Shown: positions 37,891 to 49,603, counted from the stretch's first letter. The stretch: 64,000 nucleotides of DNA from Vicugna vicugna (GCA_013265495.1 MU058824.1:5674976-5738975); one strand, 5' to 3'. The notes: generated by a model not told the origin, from the sequence alone. Program-made: numbers and translations.

Positions 37891-38103
37891 CCGGTAGGGG
37901 ATGCAAGTAATGATCTGCCCACCCAGCCACTGCTGATTGCTGCAGCTCTGGGAACTCAGTTGGTCCAGCAGCTACAACAATGAAGAAAGGAAGCTGTGCA
38001 ATTGATTGACAGTTTCCCAGAAACCTAGCAACTTCTCCCTTCATTATCTGTTCTCGCTTCACCATCACTTGGCAATTTATACCATTTGGGTGTGGATGAA
38101 GGA
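37891..38103 (-). pseudogene. Sushi/CCP-like exon remnant with one frameshift
   Basis: LHPHPNG...KGEVARFLGNC...FFIVVAAGPTEF / QSCSNQQWLGGQIITCIPYR|gtagaa. Confidence 0.6.
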
Positions 38104-38309
38104 AATTAGTTTGAGTTGTTTTATTGAAAAGAAAATTTAAAGATCCACAGACTCTGCATTTGCTTAGTGATATGGTAACTAGGTGTTAACTCTTTTCCTG
38201 AAGATCATCATTGAGCTGAGTGGAGGCAGAAGTGTCATTTTCATCATGTTACTATCATGTCCTCCTTCTAAGAAACTTAAAGAATTTTTCCGATGTTTAG
38301 ATTGCTTTG

Positions 38310-38630
38310 CATGGGCAATTTATCCATTAGGTGTAGTAGGCACATTACCAGGGACCCTGATACATTTTGGGGGCCACAAAAACATTTTAATTAAAAAAAA
38401 TCAGGAGACAGAAACTCTTAGAGTCAAAGAAAAAGTTTAACTTTCTTCAAATGAAAATTTAGAGAAAATGAACATTTTAGTGCCCTTGAAAATCTATTAT
38501 ATTTTATCTAAAATAGGGGAAAAGTTGAAACATTTAAAGTTACACTGAAAGTAATGTTTAATATTATTATGGAAGAAGGAGTCCATGAAGGCAAAAGTGC
38601 CCAAAGCCCACAAAAGTCATAATGTGGCCC
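38310..38630. mobile_element. Zaphod/MER115-like hAT-Tip100 remnant
   Basis: gggggccacaaaaacattttaat ... gcccacaaaagtcataatgtggccc terminus. Confidence 0.6.
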
Positions 38631-39049
38631 CACCTGCTTTTTTTACCCCAACAGATCTCTTCTTTCCGACAAAACTTCCCATCTCATTGAAATACTACAA
38701 TGCAGAAGTTATAGAACATAAAATAAATGATTCAAATCTGAATATACTTTTGCCATTTACTCTCTGTGACCTTGGGCTAGCTGACAGCCTATCCAAATTT
38801 CTGTTTGTTCATTAGTAAATGAGTATCACTGCTATTATGTCGTCCTACCTTTGATCTTTCCGTATTCAACAAGCTCACCCTTTATGTTCACTGTAATTAT
38901 GGAAGGAAAAACATGACCAAAAAATAGAATCAGGTATTTGTTTGTTCTTGTTATTCCCAAGAATACAAAATTCTAGGCCCCCAGAAGAAGAATAGAACAT
39001 TTCATGTACATTGGAAATTAGTAATAAGAAAAAATCCTATCCTCAAACT

Positions 39050-42000
39050 AGATGAATTTTATGACCCCACCTTTCCCCCACCACTATCTCCTAAAAAACA
39101 CTGATCTGTTCTCTACTATAATTTTGTCTTTTCCACAATGTCTTATAAATAGAATCATACAGTTTGTAACCTTTAGAATTTGGCTTCTGTCACTCAGCAC
39201 AATGTCTTAGTGTGTACATCAACAGTTTCTTTTATACTGCTGGATGGTATTCTATTATCTGGATGTGCCACAGCTTATTAAGGGACACAACTAATTTCTA
39301 GTTTTTCATTATTAAGAGTACAGCTGTTACAATCATTCATTTACAGGTTTTTGTGTGAGCACACATTTCATATCTCTGTAGAGAATACCCAGGAGTAAGA
39401 TCCCTAGGTCATTTAATAAATGAATTTATTACATAAATAAGTAAATACATTTAATTTAATTTTATAAGAAAGTGTCAAACTGTTTTGCATAGTGGTTGTG
39501 CTATTTTGTATCACCATATCAATGTACAAAATTTCCAGTTGCTCCCCATCCTCAATAGCATTTGGTATTACTAGTATTACTTATTTTAATCATTCTAACA
39601 GATGTATAGGAATACATCATTATGATTTTTATCTCAGTTTCCTTAGTGGCTAATGATACTAAACATCTTCCCATGTGCTTATTTTCCATCTCTATATCCC
39701 TTTGCTACCTGTTAAAATCTTTTACATATTTTTCAGTTGGATTGTTTGTTTCCTTACTGTTGAGTTTGGGGAGTTCTTTATATATTCTAGATACATGTTT
39801 TTTTCAGGTATGTGAATGGCAAATATTTTAGCCCTGTCTGTAGCTTATCTTTTAATTCTTGTAACAATATTTGTCATAGATGAAAAGTTTTAAATTTTAA
39901 TAAGTCCCATTTATCAGATTTTTCTTCTATATATAGATCACATTTTTGGTGCTGCATATAAAAACTCTTTGCCTACCTGCAGATCATGAAAATAGCCTCT
40001 GTTTTTAAAAGCATTTTAATTTAATCTCTAAATTTACATCTATGATCTTTTTGGAGTTAACTTTTTAATAAAAACTGAGTTTTAGATCAAGATTCTTTTT
40101 TCTTTCCTTTTGCATATGGATGTTCAATGCCATTTGTTGAACACTGAATTGCTTTTGCATCTCTGCTGAAAATCAAATGGCTATATTTGTGTGGGTATAT
40201 TTTTGAATTCTTTATTCTGTTCCAATGATCTATGTGTTTATCTCTTGGGTAATACTGCACTGATTATTGCTGTTTATGAGAAATTTATAAAATGGGATAG
40301 TGTGATTACTCCAACTTTTCTTTTTCAAAATTGATTTAGCTACTTCACTTCCTTTTCCTTTTGTATATAAATCTTAGAATCAGTTTGTTTCTATCTTCCA
40401 AGAATCCTGCTGGGATTTTGACTGGAATTACATTCATTAAATCTATAGATCTACTTGGGTCACAGGTGAGATTTCCAATCTATAAACATAGCAAGTCTCC
40501 ATTTATTTAGATTTTTTAATTCTTTCATTAGCACTTTATAGTTTTCAGCATACAGATCCTGATCGCGTTTTGTTTGTTTTATAACTATGTATTTAATTTT
40601 TTAGAGATACTATAAATGTCCATTTTCAAGATTTCAGTTTCTGTACATTGTTAGTATACAGAAATATGAAGGAAGTTTTGTGTCTGTATTGACTGTGTAG
40701 CCTATGAGCTTGCTAAACTCATTTTAAGTTTTAGATTTTTTTTTTTGGTAGATTCTGTGAGATTTTCTACATAGACAATCATGTCATCTATGAATAGGGG
40801 CAGATTTAATTTTTCCTTTCTGAAATGTATACCTTTTATTGATTTTTATTGCCTTTTTGCAATGGAAAGTCCTTTTGGTATGATGTTCATTGGGGTAGTG
40901 AGAGTGGATACCCTTACTTTATTCCTGATCTTGGAAGAAAGCAGTCTCTCACCATTAAGTGTGATCTTAGCTGTAAGGCTTTTGTAGATGCCTTTTATCA
41001 GGGTGTAAAAGTTCCTTTCTATTCCTAGTTGCTGAAGTTTTTACCCTGAATGAATGTTAAATTAGATCAAATTTTGTTGTACTCTATTAATAGGATCAAG
41101 TGGATTTTCCCCTTTGGAATGGGATTTTAGTGGATTACCTTGAGTGATTTTCAAATATTGAACCAGTCTTGTATTCCTGGGACAAGTCCTACTTTTTAAA
41201 AAATAGATTATCATTATTTTTATGTATTACTGAATTCAATTTAGTAAGATTTTGTTGAGGATTGTTTTTTGCATCTATGATCATGAGGGATATTGGTCTA
41301 CATAGTGCTTTTCTTGAAGAATTTTGTCTGATGTTAGTGTCAGAATCATGCTGGCCTGGGAAAGATTGTTCGCAAAATATTTCTGACTCTTATTTTCTGA
41401 ACAATATTGTTTAGAATTTAAAATGTTTTAGTAGGATTCACTAGTAAAATAATCTGGGTCTGTAGATTTCTTTTTTTTTTTTACATTTTTTATTGATTCA
41501 TAATCATTTTATAGTGTTGTGTCAAATTCCAGTGTTTAGATTTCTTTTCTTGAGATATTTTAACTAAAAAATTCAGATTCTTTAATAGTTAAGGACTTTA
41601 ATCTACTTCATCCTCAGAGTTTTGCTCCTTTATGGTTTTGGAGGAGTTAATTAGTCCATTTCATCTAACTTGTTGAATTATGTGTGTAGCGTTGTTTGTA
41701 GTCTTCCCATATTATCCTTTTAAAGCCATTATGATCTATAGAAATATCTTCTGTATCATTCCTGTTAATGGTAATTTGTACCTTCTCTCTTTTTCTTTGA
41801 CTCTGTTGCTAAAAGTTTATCAATTTGTTTTTTAAAGACAAGATTTTAGTTTCATTAGTTTTCTCTAATATTTTGTTGTTGTTTTTAACTTTATAGATCT
41901 CTTTTTGCTAATTTTGTTTCTTTCCTTGCACTTGCTTTGGGTTTAATTTGCTTTTTTGAGACAGTGTAGAAGCTTAGATTGTTGATCAGAGATTTTGGGT

Positions 42001-42594
42001 TTTTTTTTGTAATACAAACATTTAATGCTACTAAAAATATCTTCTGATTACTGAGTTAGCTGTATTCTACAAATTTTGATACATTGTATTTTTATTTTCA
42101 TTTAGTTAAAAATATTTTCCAATTTCCTTTGAAATTTCTTCTTTGACCCATGGATTATTTAGAAGCATATTGTTTAAGTGCCAGTTTGTAGACTTTCCTG
42201 TTATCTGCTTTTGATTTCTAGTTTAATTCCATTATGACCAGAAAACATACTCTTTGTGATTTCAGTTCTTTGAAATGTATAAATATTTATTTTGTGATCT
42301 ACAGTATGGTCTATGGTAGTGAATATTCCATATGCACTTAAAAAAGAATATGTATTCTGCTACTGTTTGGTAGCATGTTATATATGTCAATATACAATCA
42401 CAATGACAAATTACTGTATAAATGTAAATTACATCTAGTTGCTTGGTAGTATTATTTAGTTCTTCCATATTCTTACTGATTTCTGTCAACCAATTCTATT
42501 ACCAAAAGAGTAGTGTTGAAATCTACAACTATCAGTGTGGATTTGTCTGTTTTTATTTTCAGTTCTGTCAGTTTTACTTCCCGTACTTTGGATT
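39050..42594 (-). mobile_element. Old L1 (L1MB/MC-like), 3' UTR through ORF2 to the endonuclease region
   Basis: T-rich antisense L1: tctttatatattctagatac, ctacatagacaatcatgtcatct, tcatgagggatattggtct, gtgttgaaatctacaactat. Confidence 0.9.
41475..41536 (-). mobile_element. ~62-bp young L1 tail insertion with 12-bp TSD
   Basis: TSD tagatttctttt at 41463-41474 and 41537-41548; reverse complement aacactggaatttgacacaacactataaaatgattatgaatcaataaaaaatgt(A)n. Confidence 0.9.
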
Positions 42595-43170
42595 TGCATT
42601 ATTTTACTAGCACTGCCATAACAAAGTACTACAAACTGAGTGATTTAACAGAAATTTATTTCCTCACAGCTCTAGAGTTTAAACATCTAAAATCATGATG
42701 TTAGCAGGGTTGGCTCTTTTAAAGTCTCTCTCCTTGGACAGCTGCCTTCTCCCTCTGCCCTTATGTGTTCTTCCCTTTGTGTGTGTCTGTGTCTTAATCT
42801 CCTCTTCTTATAAAGACACCAAGTCATATTAGATTAAGACCCATCCCAATGACCTCATTTAATTTTAATTATCTCTTTAAAGACCCTGTCTTTAAATAAA
42901 GACCCATTCTGAGATACCAGGGGTTAGGACTTCAACATATAAATTTTAGGGATATACAATCCAACCTATAATACTCTTCCCTCTGGTTCCCTAAAATTCA
43001 CATGGTACTTCTTAAATGCCAAGTGCATTCACCCCATTTCAATAGCTTCAAAAGTCTTAACACATTCCAGCATCAACTATAAGTCTAAATCCTTATCTAA
43101 ATATCATATAAATCATGAATGGGTGATTCAAGGTATGATTCATCAAGAGAAAAAATTCCTCTCTGAGCCC
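42595..43170 (-). mobile_element. MLT1A-like 3' LTR (42595-42973) plus adjoining MaLR internal fragment
   Basis: ctgccataacaaagtactacaaactg, ctcttcttataaagacacca, gggttaggacttcaacatat; polypurine tract (ctcttccctctgg on +) next to the LTR start. Confidence 0.85.
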
Positions 43171-43300
43171 ACTTAGGGAGGCAGCCCTGCCTTCCAGGTT
43201 TGGGGGTGTGCATACATTTTGAATTGCTATGTTTTCTTAATGAATTGGCCCTTTATTACTATAAAAATCCATTACTGCTCTGAGTTCTTTAACTCCTACG

Positions 43301-43350
43301 TCTTTTATCTACTAGGTTCTCTTTTATCTACTAGGTTCTCTTATTTACTA
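43301..43350 (+). repeat. 19-bp tandem duplication
   Basis: tcttttatctactaggttc x2 plus a partial third copy. Confidence 0.9.
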
Positions 43351-43603
43351 ATTCTATGGAAGTAGATTCAAGACATAGTAAACCAGTTTTTCTCAAACAA
43401 CTGAGCTGGATTAAGACCTTTTTAGAAGCCTTGAGCATTGGGAAGATTATGATGTCTCTAATATTTATTTCACTTTATTACATAATACAACTATGTAATA
43501 AAGTAGCATTAGACTTTAAAATACAAATACAAAATACATATTAACTAAAATTAAAACTAGCTTGTTTTCTAGAAGAAAACACACTCACTGAAGCTAAACT
43601 TAC

Positions 43604-43680
43604 TCATTTGCTGATATCCATAAGTAAATTCTTTCTCTTCAGATCAGGTAATTAACCACTATCAATGAGCATTCCATAGA
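43604..43680 (-). pseudogene. Exon 3' remnant with strong donor
   Basis: WLIT*SEEKEFTYGYQQM A|gtaagt; upstream side abuts a MITE remnant. Confidence 0.4.
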
Positions 43681-43919
43681 ATTAGTCAAAATGGTCCTTT
43701 GGTCCAAAAAATTTGGGAAATACCAAATATAATATCTCTCTAATAAAAGCCTATTAAATACTTCTAGAAGTTTAAAAATTAAAAATTAAAATTATTTAAC
43801 TTAGTATATTATAATTAATTTGACCACAGAACTATTTTTCATATAATTCCTAGTAATGCCCCACAAAATATATTTTTCTCTTAGTACATTTTGGAAAACA
43901 CTTCAGAAATACTGCATCA

Positions 43920-44105
43920 TTTTCTAAGCAGTTATTACGTGTTGGGGACTATTCTTTAAAAATGTGTACACTTTAATTATTTACAACATGTCAGATTTGG
44001 GGAATGAGTAGATTTTATGAGGTAAATACTGTCTTTATTTTATAGATGAGGAAATTGAGACAGTGAGGTCACATAGCTTTTAGTAATGGAGCTGTGATTC
44101 AGATT
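43920..44105 (-). mobile_element. MIR SINE
   Basis: attttatagatgaggaaattgagaca..aggtcacatagc. Confidence 0.75.
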
Positions 44106-44557
44106 TCATCTATTTCTCTCCATAATTTACCCCAGCATGGAGCAGCAGCCCTTCAGTTTTTCTTTCGTAGGGACTGATGTCACAGTCTCTTCTCATCAAA
44201 TTTGATTCAAACTTCAGAGCCCCACCTCTTATCCACATGTGCTATTCTAGTAGACTTTCTGCTGTCTGGCTCATCAAATCCTTATCCCTTAATTCCCATT
44301 CGGTTCTGAGATTATATTCATTCTCTGGTTTTCAAGTGAGACTATGATCTAGGAAAAAGCATGGGGTTGTACATTTTGCCTCTGTCCTGCCACAGCCCTG
44401 CCTCAGCCTTGTAATAAACATGTATCACCTATCCTGAAGGGCTAAAGAGTTGCTGTGGTGTTAGATGACAAGAGAAAGGAAAGAAGAGGAAACAAATAAG
44501 GTGGATATCTGGAGAGAATAAGAGGTGAGGGGAAAGCCATTGATGGGTTTGATATAC

Positions 44558-44707
44558 CCTGTCCACAGTTCTCTCTCTCCAAATTGGAGAAAAGAATTTG
44601 ACAGGATCAGAAAGGCATATCCAGTAACCCTGGTCATCTCAAAATATTCAAGGGACTCCCAGCAAGTCTCTTCCAAAAATGAGATATAACAGGGTTTGTT
44701 GACAACC
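44558..44707 (-). pseudogene. 150-nt fully open exon remnant (BRICHOS- or C-type-lectin-like)
   Basis: cattacag|G...GG|gtatat; VVNKPCYISFLEETCWESLEYFEMTRVTGYAFLILSNSFLQFGERELWTG; symmetric phase 2. Confidence 0.55.
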
Positions 44708-45754
44708 CTGTAATGTGACTCTCATGTTAAAAAGTATATAATTAAATTATCATTTTGTAAACTGTTATGTCTACGTTTATTTGTGTATATTCATTAATAA
44801 AAATGTTATTTGGTACCATTTCTTTAGTAAATCCTACAAAAAATGTAATTTCTCTTTTCAGGAAATCATTAAAATCAGTGAATGATTGTCAGTTCGGCTT
44901 AAGTCAAGTGATCAATTAATTAATTATAAAATTCATTGAGTATCTTCTAAGTTACGGCTTCTGTAAGCTTAGTCAGCTATTCAAAGTTTCAACTGCTTGA
45001 TTATCTGATTTGGAAGGCATTAAGGTCATATCAGAATTGTAGCTAGATTCATACTTCATGACCAAGTCAGGTAGGCTTCTGTCATAGAGACTGGTGACTC
45101 TCCAGATAGTTGGCAAAGGAGTGGGTAAGTTAAAGAAATGACTAGGGGAAGAGTAGAAATAAACTAAGCTCTTCAGGTTGATTGTGGCAAATCAACCAAC
45201 AAGCCACCTTTAAAAAGGTCTGAAAAGCTGAGATTTGGACCTCCTGCCTGTTTAGGCTGAGATTTCTGAAGTTTTTTTTTTTCCCCCTTGTAGGCCGCAC
45301 CACATACAGGAAGCAGTCTTGATTCCTCTTTACACTGCTAATAAACTTGGTTGGACGTATACTCATTTGTCTACCCTTTGACGGGCTTTCTTAGCCTGTG
45401 TTTGGGCTGACAGTGCACAAGCCTAAGAGCCTGTGGTCTTGCCTCAGGGGTAGAGCTTAAAAAGAAAGGTCAAAGCTGAAGACTAAATGAAATGCCCACA
45501 AATCTGGACCAGAGGAGAGATGATCACTATTAACAGGTCATTATTTTGAAAAGAAGTAGGTGTTGTATTTGACAATGTTTCTTAAACAGGGAGACTGAGG
45601 AGAGTTAATACATAGACAAGGTTATGAGGGTGCAGTTTTGTGCAAATGCAAGGCTGGGGGAAGAGCACACCGCTGGATTTTCAAGGTGCTAAAACAAAAA
45701 TCACTTCTTCAAACAAAGCCTATCATTTTAGAGTCATATAGCTGGACGAAGGTA

Positions 45755-46210
45755 TTTTTTTTTAACAGCTCTATTGAATTATAATTAACATAGAATAAAC
45801 TGTGTATATTTTGAGGGTACAATTTGATAAGTTTTGACATGTTTACACTTGCAAAATGATCACCACAATCAAGGTAGTAAACACAGCCATCACTGCCAAA
45901 AGTTTCCTCATGACCCTTTGCAACCCTTACCGACCCCCTCCCTCCTTCCTCTTCCACCTCCCCTCCTCTCTCCACCATTCCCAAGCAGCCACTGATCTAT
46001 TTTCTTCTCCTATAGAATAGTTTGCCTTTTCTAGATTTTATATAGTAGAACCTTTATATACAGAACCTTTTTTCCTTGCTTCTAATCATTGAAGATTTTG
46101 AGACTCATCCATGTTGTAGTTCAATATTTCATTCTTGTATATTGATGAGTAGCAGTCTATTTTATGGACAGAACAGTTTGTTTATCCAGTCTTACTGATA
46201 CACACATGGG
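45755..46210 (-). mobile_element. L1MB-like 3' end
   Basis: poly-T, acagctctattga, tacaatttgataagttttgaca, catcactgccaaaagtttcctcatg. Confidence 0.85.
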
Positions 46211-46212
46211 TG

Positions 46213-46740
46213 TGTACTGTTTATCTATTTTTTGTGTAACAAATCATCCCACCACTTAGTCTTAAAACAACAAAATATTTGTTATCTTTTCGTTTCTGTG
46301 GGTCAGGAATCTGACCACAGTCTAGTTGGGTACCTCTGGATAAGGGTCTCTCACTAGTCTACAATTAAGGTGTCAGCCAGGGTTACAGGAATCTCAGGAC
46401 TCAACTAGAGGGGGATCCACTTCTAAGCTCACTCACATGGCAGGCCATGTTGGCAGCACTCAGGTTCCCCAGCGAGATAGACCAGGCTAGGCTATGGTCG
46501 TTGATAAATCCTATAACCTCAGTGGCTCAATACAATAAAGTTTATTTTTGGCTCCCACCATTTTCAAATGCAGGTCAGGCAGCTCTTTTGTACTTTAAGC
46601 TGTATGATTTGGAACATGTGGCTTCCATGATCACCATGGAAGAGAAAAGAGTGTTATATGGTCATGCAGAATGTTTTCTGAGGGTCAAGCCTAGCAGTGC
46701 CTCACATCACATCTACCTCCATCCCATTGTTGGTCCAAAG
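46213..46740 (-). mobile_element. MLT1 LTR fragments (two subfamilies)
   Basis: tgtgtaacaaatcatccc..cttaaaacaac..tctgtgggtcaggaat; cagtggctcaatacaataaagtttattt. Confidence 0.7.
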
Positions 46741-46846
46741 TCCCCTCATACGATATCCACCTATATCACATTGTTAGACCTCAGTCCCCTCACATCATAC
46801 CCACTTACATCATATTGTCAGAACCCACTCCCACAGTCCCCTCACA
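46696..46846 (+). repeat. Degenerate 43-52 bp tandem repeat, ~3.3 copies
   Basis: Units start agtgcctcaca/agtcccctca at 46696, 46739, 46783, 46835. Confidence 0.75.
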
Positions 46847-46879
46847 ATTAGGTTGAGGCTAAGCAAATAAGTGTCTGTG

Positions 46880-47170
46880 AGCACTAACTGGCATGTACCC
46901 TGACTCCAGTGTAAGCTTCTGAACCCTATTAGGTCCAAGACTTTGCCTTTCTTATTCCCAGTTGAATTGGCAGTTCATATTCAGTTCCAGGCACATAATA
47001 GGTGCTCAACAAATATTTGTATTATGCTTTCATTTATATAATTTCAAAACCTTATGAGGCAATTCTTATTATTACCATTTTCACATGAATAGCCTGAGGC
47101 TCAGAGAAGCCACATAGCTGAATTAAACCCTGATTTTGTGCCTTCATGTTCAATAAACTTTATGTGATAC
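46880..47170. mobile_element. L2 3' end (+) followed by MIR (-)
   Basis: ggcacataataggtgctcaacaaatatttgt; ccattttcacatgaatagcctgaggctcagaga. Confidence 0.75.
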
Positions 47171-47564
47171 CACTCATTTTTCTTAGTGGCTTTGGGTCTC
47201 TTGATCAGCCCTGTGCTAAGTGGATTCTAACATGACTTTCTTCTGAGGGTATAGCTGGGGGGCACAGATGGTGACAAAGCTCATTCTACCTACCACAGAC
47301 TTTCTGCTCTTTTTTTGTTGTTCATTTTCCTTTCCCCTCAGGCCTCCCTTTGGCTTTTGTGTCAGGGGACAAAGAATGAGTCTGAAATCTGCCCCAACCT
47401 TTCATGGTCTGTTGTTCTCCCAGGTTTCTGGTGTGATGCCCAACTGCAGTTCTAGCTCTGCTGCCTCTGTGCCACCCCAGGTAGGGTTGTGGGTTCCCAT
47501 ATGCCATCCCTTGAAGATGGGCCCTGGACAAGCAGCCTCCCAGAGGCTAAGCCAGTGGACTCAC

Positions 47565-47787
47565 TTCAAAATCACAACCTTTCTCCTCCCAGAGGACTGA
47601 ACTGCTCCTTCATATTTTGGACTGTCACTGGTTTCATTCATTTTCTTTTTGCACTAGTGCCCCTTTCCATGAAGAGATCTCATTCATTACTCTCTCATGA
47701 GGTGCCCAGCATGGGGGCCCTCCTTTCAGTTTTCCTCCTTCAGAGAATGATCCCAAACTCTTCCCAAAAGTCACACCATCCTTCACC
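47565..47787 (-). pseudogene. Exon remnant with one frameshift
   Basis: VKDGVTFGKSLGSFSEGG...SWKGALVQKE / NETSDSPKYEGAVQSSGRRKVVIL AA|gtgagt; phase-2 end joins the 44707 exon in frame. Confidence 0.5.
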
Positions 47788-48267
47788 CTACTTACAACAT
47801 ACACACACACAACCTGCATCCTTCCTTGGTGCTAAGTCTTGTGTTCCACTTTAAAGCTCTCACTACAGGAAAGTGTTTATGCTGAATCAAACTTGTATCA
47901 AGAGGGACAGATTTCTGAAGGTTTGGATCAGCATTGCTGACATCCATCTTCAAGCTATGCTCTTTCTCTTCCTCTCTCTCCTTTTCTCAACTCCTTCACC
48001 CACCATGACCTCTTTCTTCGGGTCCATTAAATAATATTTTAGGGGCATAACTCCATTAATGATGGTCATGGTTACCTAGTATTTCTAAAGCTTTCCTTTA
48101 TATATCACTTTGCAGTCATCATTCTCTTAATTCTAAAAAAGTGGGTCAGTGAATTTCCCATGTTATCATGTAATGTGCAAAGAGGGAGAGCAATTCAATC
48201 CAGGGTCACTCAGAGGGTCAGGCGCAGCTATGAGATGTGAAATTTTGACAGCCTGCTTTTTGCTTAC

Positions 48268-48410
48268 TGGAGGCTGACAGAATATATTGCGGAAATTGTC
48301 TTCCTCTCTTCATCGGGCTATTTGTAATCACTCAACAAGATGGTATCATTGTAACAGCAGCAATAGCACACAGAAACACAGCACTGAGATAATTACAACC
48401 AAATGGAAAC
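48268..48410 (-). pseudogene. Exon remnant encoding a hydrophobic TM/signal-anchor-like stretch
   Basis: ccattcttcag|GT...CCA|gtaagc; FHLVVIISVLCFCVLLLLLQ* (shifted frame AVFLCAIAAVTMIP); upstream donor CAG|gtaggt at 48550/48549 gives a 139-nt intron. Confidence 0.55.
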
Positions 48411-49186
48411 CTGAAGAATGGGTGGTGAGTGTAATAAGACTTCATTGCCAGGAGCCAGTTTCCTCAGAATCCTCTGAGAAAAGGGTTAATGTGAAAACCT
48501 TGCCAGTCAAGGACAACTTAGGATGGCAGCCAGAGAAATGAATACCTACCTGCACTCTCTCACTGCCCAAGTGAGCACTACTTTATCACAAGCTGGATGT
48601 GTGGTTCATGTTTCATTACCTGGGTCAGGAAGAGTATAAATTTGGAGGCCATATATTACAATTTTCCCCTGTCTTGAACTGTTAACAGCATACCTCTGGC
48701 TTGGGTTGCAGCCTTGAAAATCTATGAGCTCTTTTCTACTTCGTTGGAGCATCAGAAGTGTGCTGGCCCAAGAGCTGGAGCAAATGCAATTATGGAAATA
48801 GCCATGCTTTGTTATACCATCCTGCAGAGACTCTCTTAAGTTTATATTGGAGGAGGAATTTTGCATACCCTGCTCGGCTCACCATAACTCAGTCCGTGTT
48901 CCAAGACTCTTCCTTATAGTTGATGAATTGCCCTATAATTGAAATCGCCTTGGGTTTTCACTTTGTTCACTTTAAATTATATAATTCAGGCATTAAAAAA
49001 TTTGCTGACAGATTCACCATCGAACAAAGTGGCCCACTCTTTAAAGCTAGGCCTGTGTTATAGGATCAGGGATTCTAAAGAATTTGTGTTTTTAAGGATG
49101 TCAGCCAGTTTCGGAAGTAACCGTTTTTAAGACTTATTAATGCTTTCATCCTAATATATTGCCTTCTATCTCCCGCCTAAACTATC

Positions 49187-49603
49187 TGTTATGGGGTGAA
49201 TTATGTCTCAAAATTCTTATGCTGAAGCCCTAACCCCCAGTACCTCAGAGTGTGACTGTGTTTAGAGACAGGGCCTTTGAAGAGGTGACTAAGTTAAAAT
49301 GAAGCTGTTATGGTGGATCCTAAGGATCCTAATCAAATCTGACTGGTGTCTTTATCAGAAGAGGAAATTTGGACATACAAAAAGACACCAGGGATGTATG
49401 TGCATAGAGAAAAGAATATGTGAGGACACAGAGAGAAGATGGCCATCTATAATAAGCCAAGAATAGGGGCCTAAGAAGAAAGTAAACTTGCCAACACCTT
49501 GATCTTGGACCACTAGCCTCAAGAATTGTGAGAAACTAAGTTTTTCTTATTTAAGCCTACCAGTCTGTTTATTTTGTTATGGCAGCCTTGGGAAACTAAC
49601 ATA
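49187..49603 (+). mobile_element. MLT1B solo LTR
   Basis: tgttatgg..ccctaacccccagtacctcaga..tttgttatggcagcc..aactaacata; TSD ctatc/ctatt. Confidence 0.92.

Larger units (their letters stand above)
11140..48610 (-). pseudogene. Candidate decayed multi-exon gene for a membrane-anchored/extracellular multidomain protein (sushi + Cys repeat + VWD-like)
   Basis: ~15 co-oriented exon-like segments in repeat-free DNA, with polypyrimidine-AG and GT donors, protein-like translations, coherent domain order and many stops/frameshifts; the boundaries of the whole locus are uncertain. Confidence 0.65.

Noticed and set aside
46447..46851. Longest ORF (134 aa, +)
   Set aside because: Lies in MLT1 fragments and a tandem repeat; no domain-like content or splice support.
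47424..47480. Plus-strand exon-like segment (ttctcccag...cag|gtaggg); similar lone sites near 20430-20511 and 45293
   Set aside because: Isolated splice-like signals with no coherent coding chain; a lncRNA cannot be excluded without RNA data.
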